Below, piece after piece: positions 62,701 to 64,000 of a stretch of DNA of 64,000 bases; within the stretch, counting starts at the first letter, position 1; each line of letters begins with the position of its first letter. The position numbers and the translations under genes were made by a program. Source of the stretch: Eledone cirrhosa (lineage: Eukaryota); contig OZ024744.1 of assembly GCA_964016885.1 (NCBI GenBank), positions 744,001 to 808,000 of the forward strand. Reading direction: 5' to 3'. The notes under the pieces were generated by a model. The model was not told the DNA's origin. It did not search any database and worked only from the letters and a program-made list of their open reading frames with translations.

Positions 62701-64000
62701 GATAGCTTGGTGAAGAACGAAGTTTTGGGGGAAGACAAGGTAGAGAAAGATAGCTTGATGAAGAACGAAGTTTTGGGGGAAGACAAGGAAGAGAAAGATA
62801 GCTTGGTGAAGAACGAAGTTTTGAGGGAAGACAAGGTAGAGAAAGATAGCTTGGTGAAGAACGAAGTTTTGGGGGAAGACAAGGTAGAGAAAGATAGCTT
62901 GGTGAAGAACGAAGTTTTGCGGGAAGACAAGGTAGAGAAATATAGCTCGGTGAAGAACGAAATTTTGAGGGAAGACAAGGTAGAGAAAGATAGCTTGGTG
63001 AAGAACGAGGTTTTGGGGGAAGACAAGGTAGAGAAAGATAGCTTGGTGAAGAACGAAGTTTTGAGGAAGACAAGGTAGAGAAAGATAGCTTGGTGAAGAA
63101 CGAAGTTATGAGGGAAGACAAGGTAGAGAAAGATAGTTGGTGAAGAACGAAGTTTTGAGGGAAGACAAGGTAGAGAAAGATAGCTTGGTGAAGAACGACG
63201 TTTTGAGGGAAGACAAGGTAGAGAAAGATAGCTTGGTGAAGAACGAAGTTTTGGGGGAAGACAAGGTAGAGAAAGATAGCTTGGTGAAGAACGAAGTTTT
63301 GAGGGAAGACAAGGTAGAGAAAGATAGCTTGGTGAAGAACGAAGTTTTGGGGGAAGACAAGGTAGAGAAAGATAGCTTGGTGAAGAACGAAGATTTGAGG
63401 GAAGACAAGGTAGAGAAAGATAGTTGGTAAAGAACGGAGTTTTGAGGGAAGACAAGGTAGAGAAAGATAGCTTGGTGAAGAACGACGTTTTGAGGGAAGA
63501 CAAGGTATAGAAAGATAGCTTGGTGAAGAACGACGTTTTCGGGGAAGAAAAGGTAGAGAAAGATAGCTTGGTGAAGAACAAAGTTTTGGGGGAAGACAAG
63601 GTAGAGAAAGATAGCTTGGTGAAGAACGAAGTATTGAGGGAAGACTCGGTAGAGAAAGATAGCTTGGTGAAGAACGAAGTTTTGAGGGAAGACAAGGTAG
63701 AGAAAGATAGCTTGGTGAAGAACGAGGTTTTGAGGGAAGACAATGTAGAGAAAGATAGCTTGGTGAAGAACGAAGTTTTGGGGGAAGACAAGGTAGAGAA
63801 AGATAGCTTGGTGAAGAACGAAGTTTTGGGGGATGACAAAGTAGAGAAAGATAGCTTGGTGAAGAACGAAGTTTTGGGGGAAGACAAGGTAGAGAAAGAT
63901 AGCTTGATGAAGAACGAAGTTTTGGGGGAAGACAAGGAAGAGAAATATAGCTTCGTGAAGAACGAAGTTTTGAGGGAAGACAAGGTAGAGAAAGATAGCT
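59800..64000 (+). repeat. Duplication with period 2441 bp, each unit holding two cassette A copies 1149 bp apart; runs off the window end
   Basis: Offsets 59930/62371, 60696/63137, 61079/63520. Shared private variants GAAGATTTG ~60948/63389 and GGAAGAGAAATATAG ~61496/63937. The CTCGGTGAAGAACGAAATT variant was seen only in this region. Confidence 0.9.

Larger units (their letters stand above)
1..64000 (+). repeat. 48-bp tandem satellite array, ~1,335 head-to-tail monomers, extending beyond both window edges; consensus GATAGCTTGGTGAAGAACGAAGTTTTGRGGGAAGACAAGGTAGAGAAA
   Basis: The same 48-mer, or a 47-bp variant with a 1-bp deletion, is read on every line from position 1 to 64000. Most monomers differ from consensus by 0-2 bases. 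Consensus composition (A allele) is A19 G17 T9 C3. Monomer count is estimated as 64000/~47.9. Confidence 0.99.

Noticed and set aside
1-64000. CRISPR array or other repeat-spacer system
   Set aside because: There are no unique spacers: monomers abut directly. The repeat is not palindromic and there are no cas genes or leader.
1-64000. Programmed frameshifting, phase variation or an antigenic-variation cassette system based on TTTTGGGGG tracts
   Set aside because: In-frame TAG variants are amplified as well, and no expression site, recombinase or unique flanking gene lies in the window. The pattern is explained by neutral satellite turnover.
1-64000. Variant order as an information-bearing code or synthetic DNA (a BbsI GAAGAC site in nearly every monomer)
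   Set aside because: Variants are inherited in nested duplicated blocks with positional gradients, as expected from natural unequal exchange. A 6-bp site in an amplified monomer is unremarkable.
1-64000. Telomeric repeat or strong G-quadruplex array
   Set aside because: TTTTGGGG resembles ciliate telomere units but occurs at most once per 48 bp in only some monomers. G3+ tracts are about 45 bp apart, too far for canonical G4.
1-64000. Embedded transposon, rRNA/tRNA gene or inversion
   Set aside because: No non-monomer sequence or reverse-orientation monomer was seen, and the ORF track shows only repeat-derived peptides throughout.

Overview
The whole 64 kb window is one uninterrupted head-to-tail array of a 48-bp tandem repeat (satellite), about 1,335 monomers, all in one orientation. 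Consensus: GATAGCTTGGTGAAGAACGAAGTTTTG[A/G]GGGAAGACAAGGTAGAGAAA. I found no unique sequence, genes, RNA genes, transposons, CRISPR spacers or inversions. The ORF track is best explained as an artefact of the monomer. The + strand has one open frame (DSLVKNEVL[R/G]EDKVEK) that is repeatedly broken by fixed 1-bp deletions and TAG variants. The - strand has no stop codon in any frame, so ORFs of up to 8,477 aa run through frameshifts. The real information lies in the variant pattern. Diagnostic SNPs and indels define reusable multi-monomer modules, including a ~15-monomer cassette with 17 complete copies, and nested recent duplications with offsets of 1005, 2058, 2441, 2728, 4691, 4740, 5024, 6412, 6507 and ~11,500 bp. 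Variant sets also turn over from left to right. The window looks like a long-read-assembled, probably eukaryotic satellite with irregular higher-order repeats, but the organism and chromosomal role cannot be determined from sequence. I find no support for a novel protein-coding system here.
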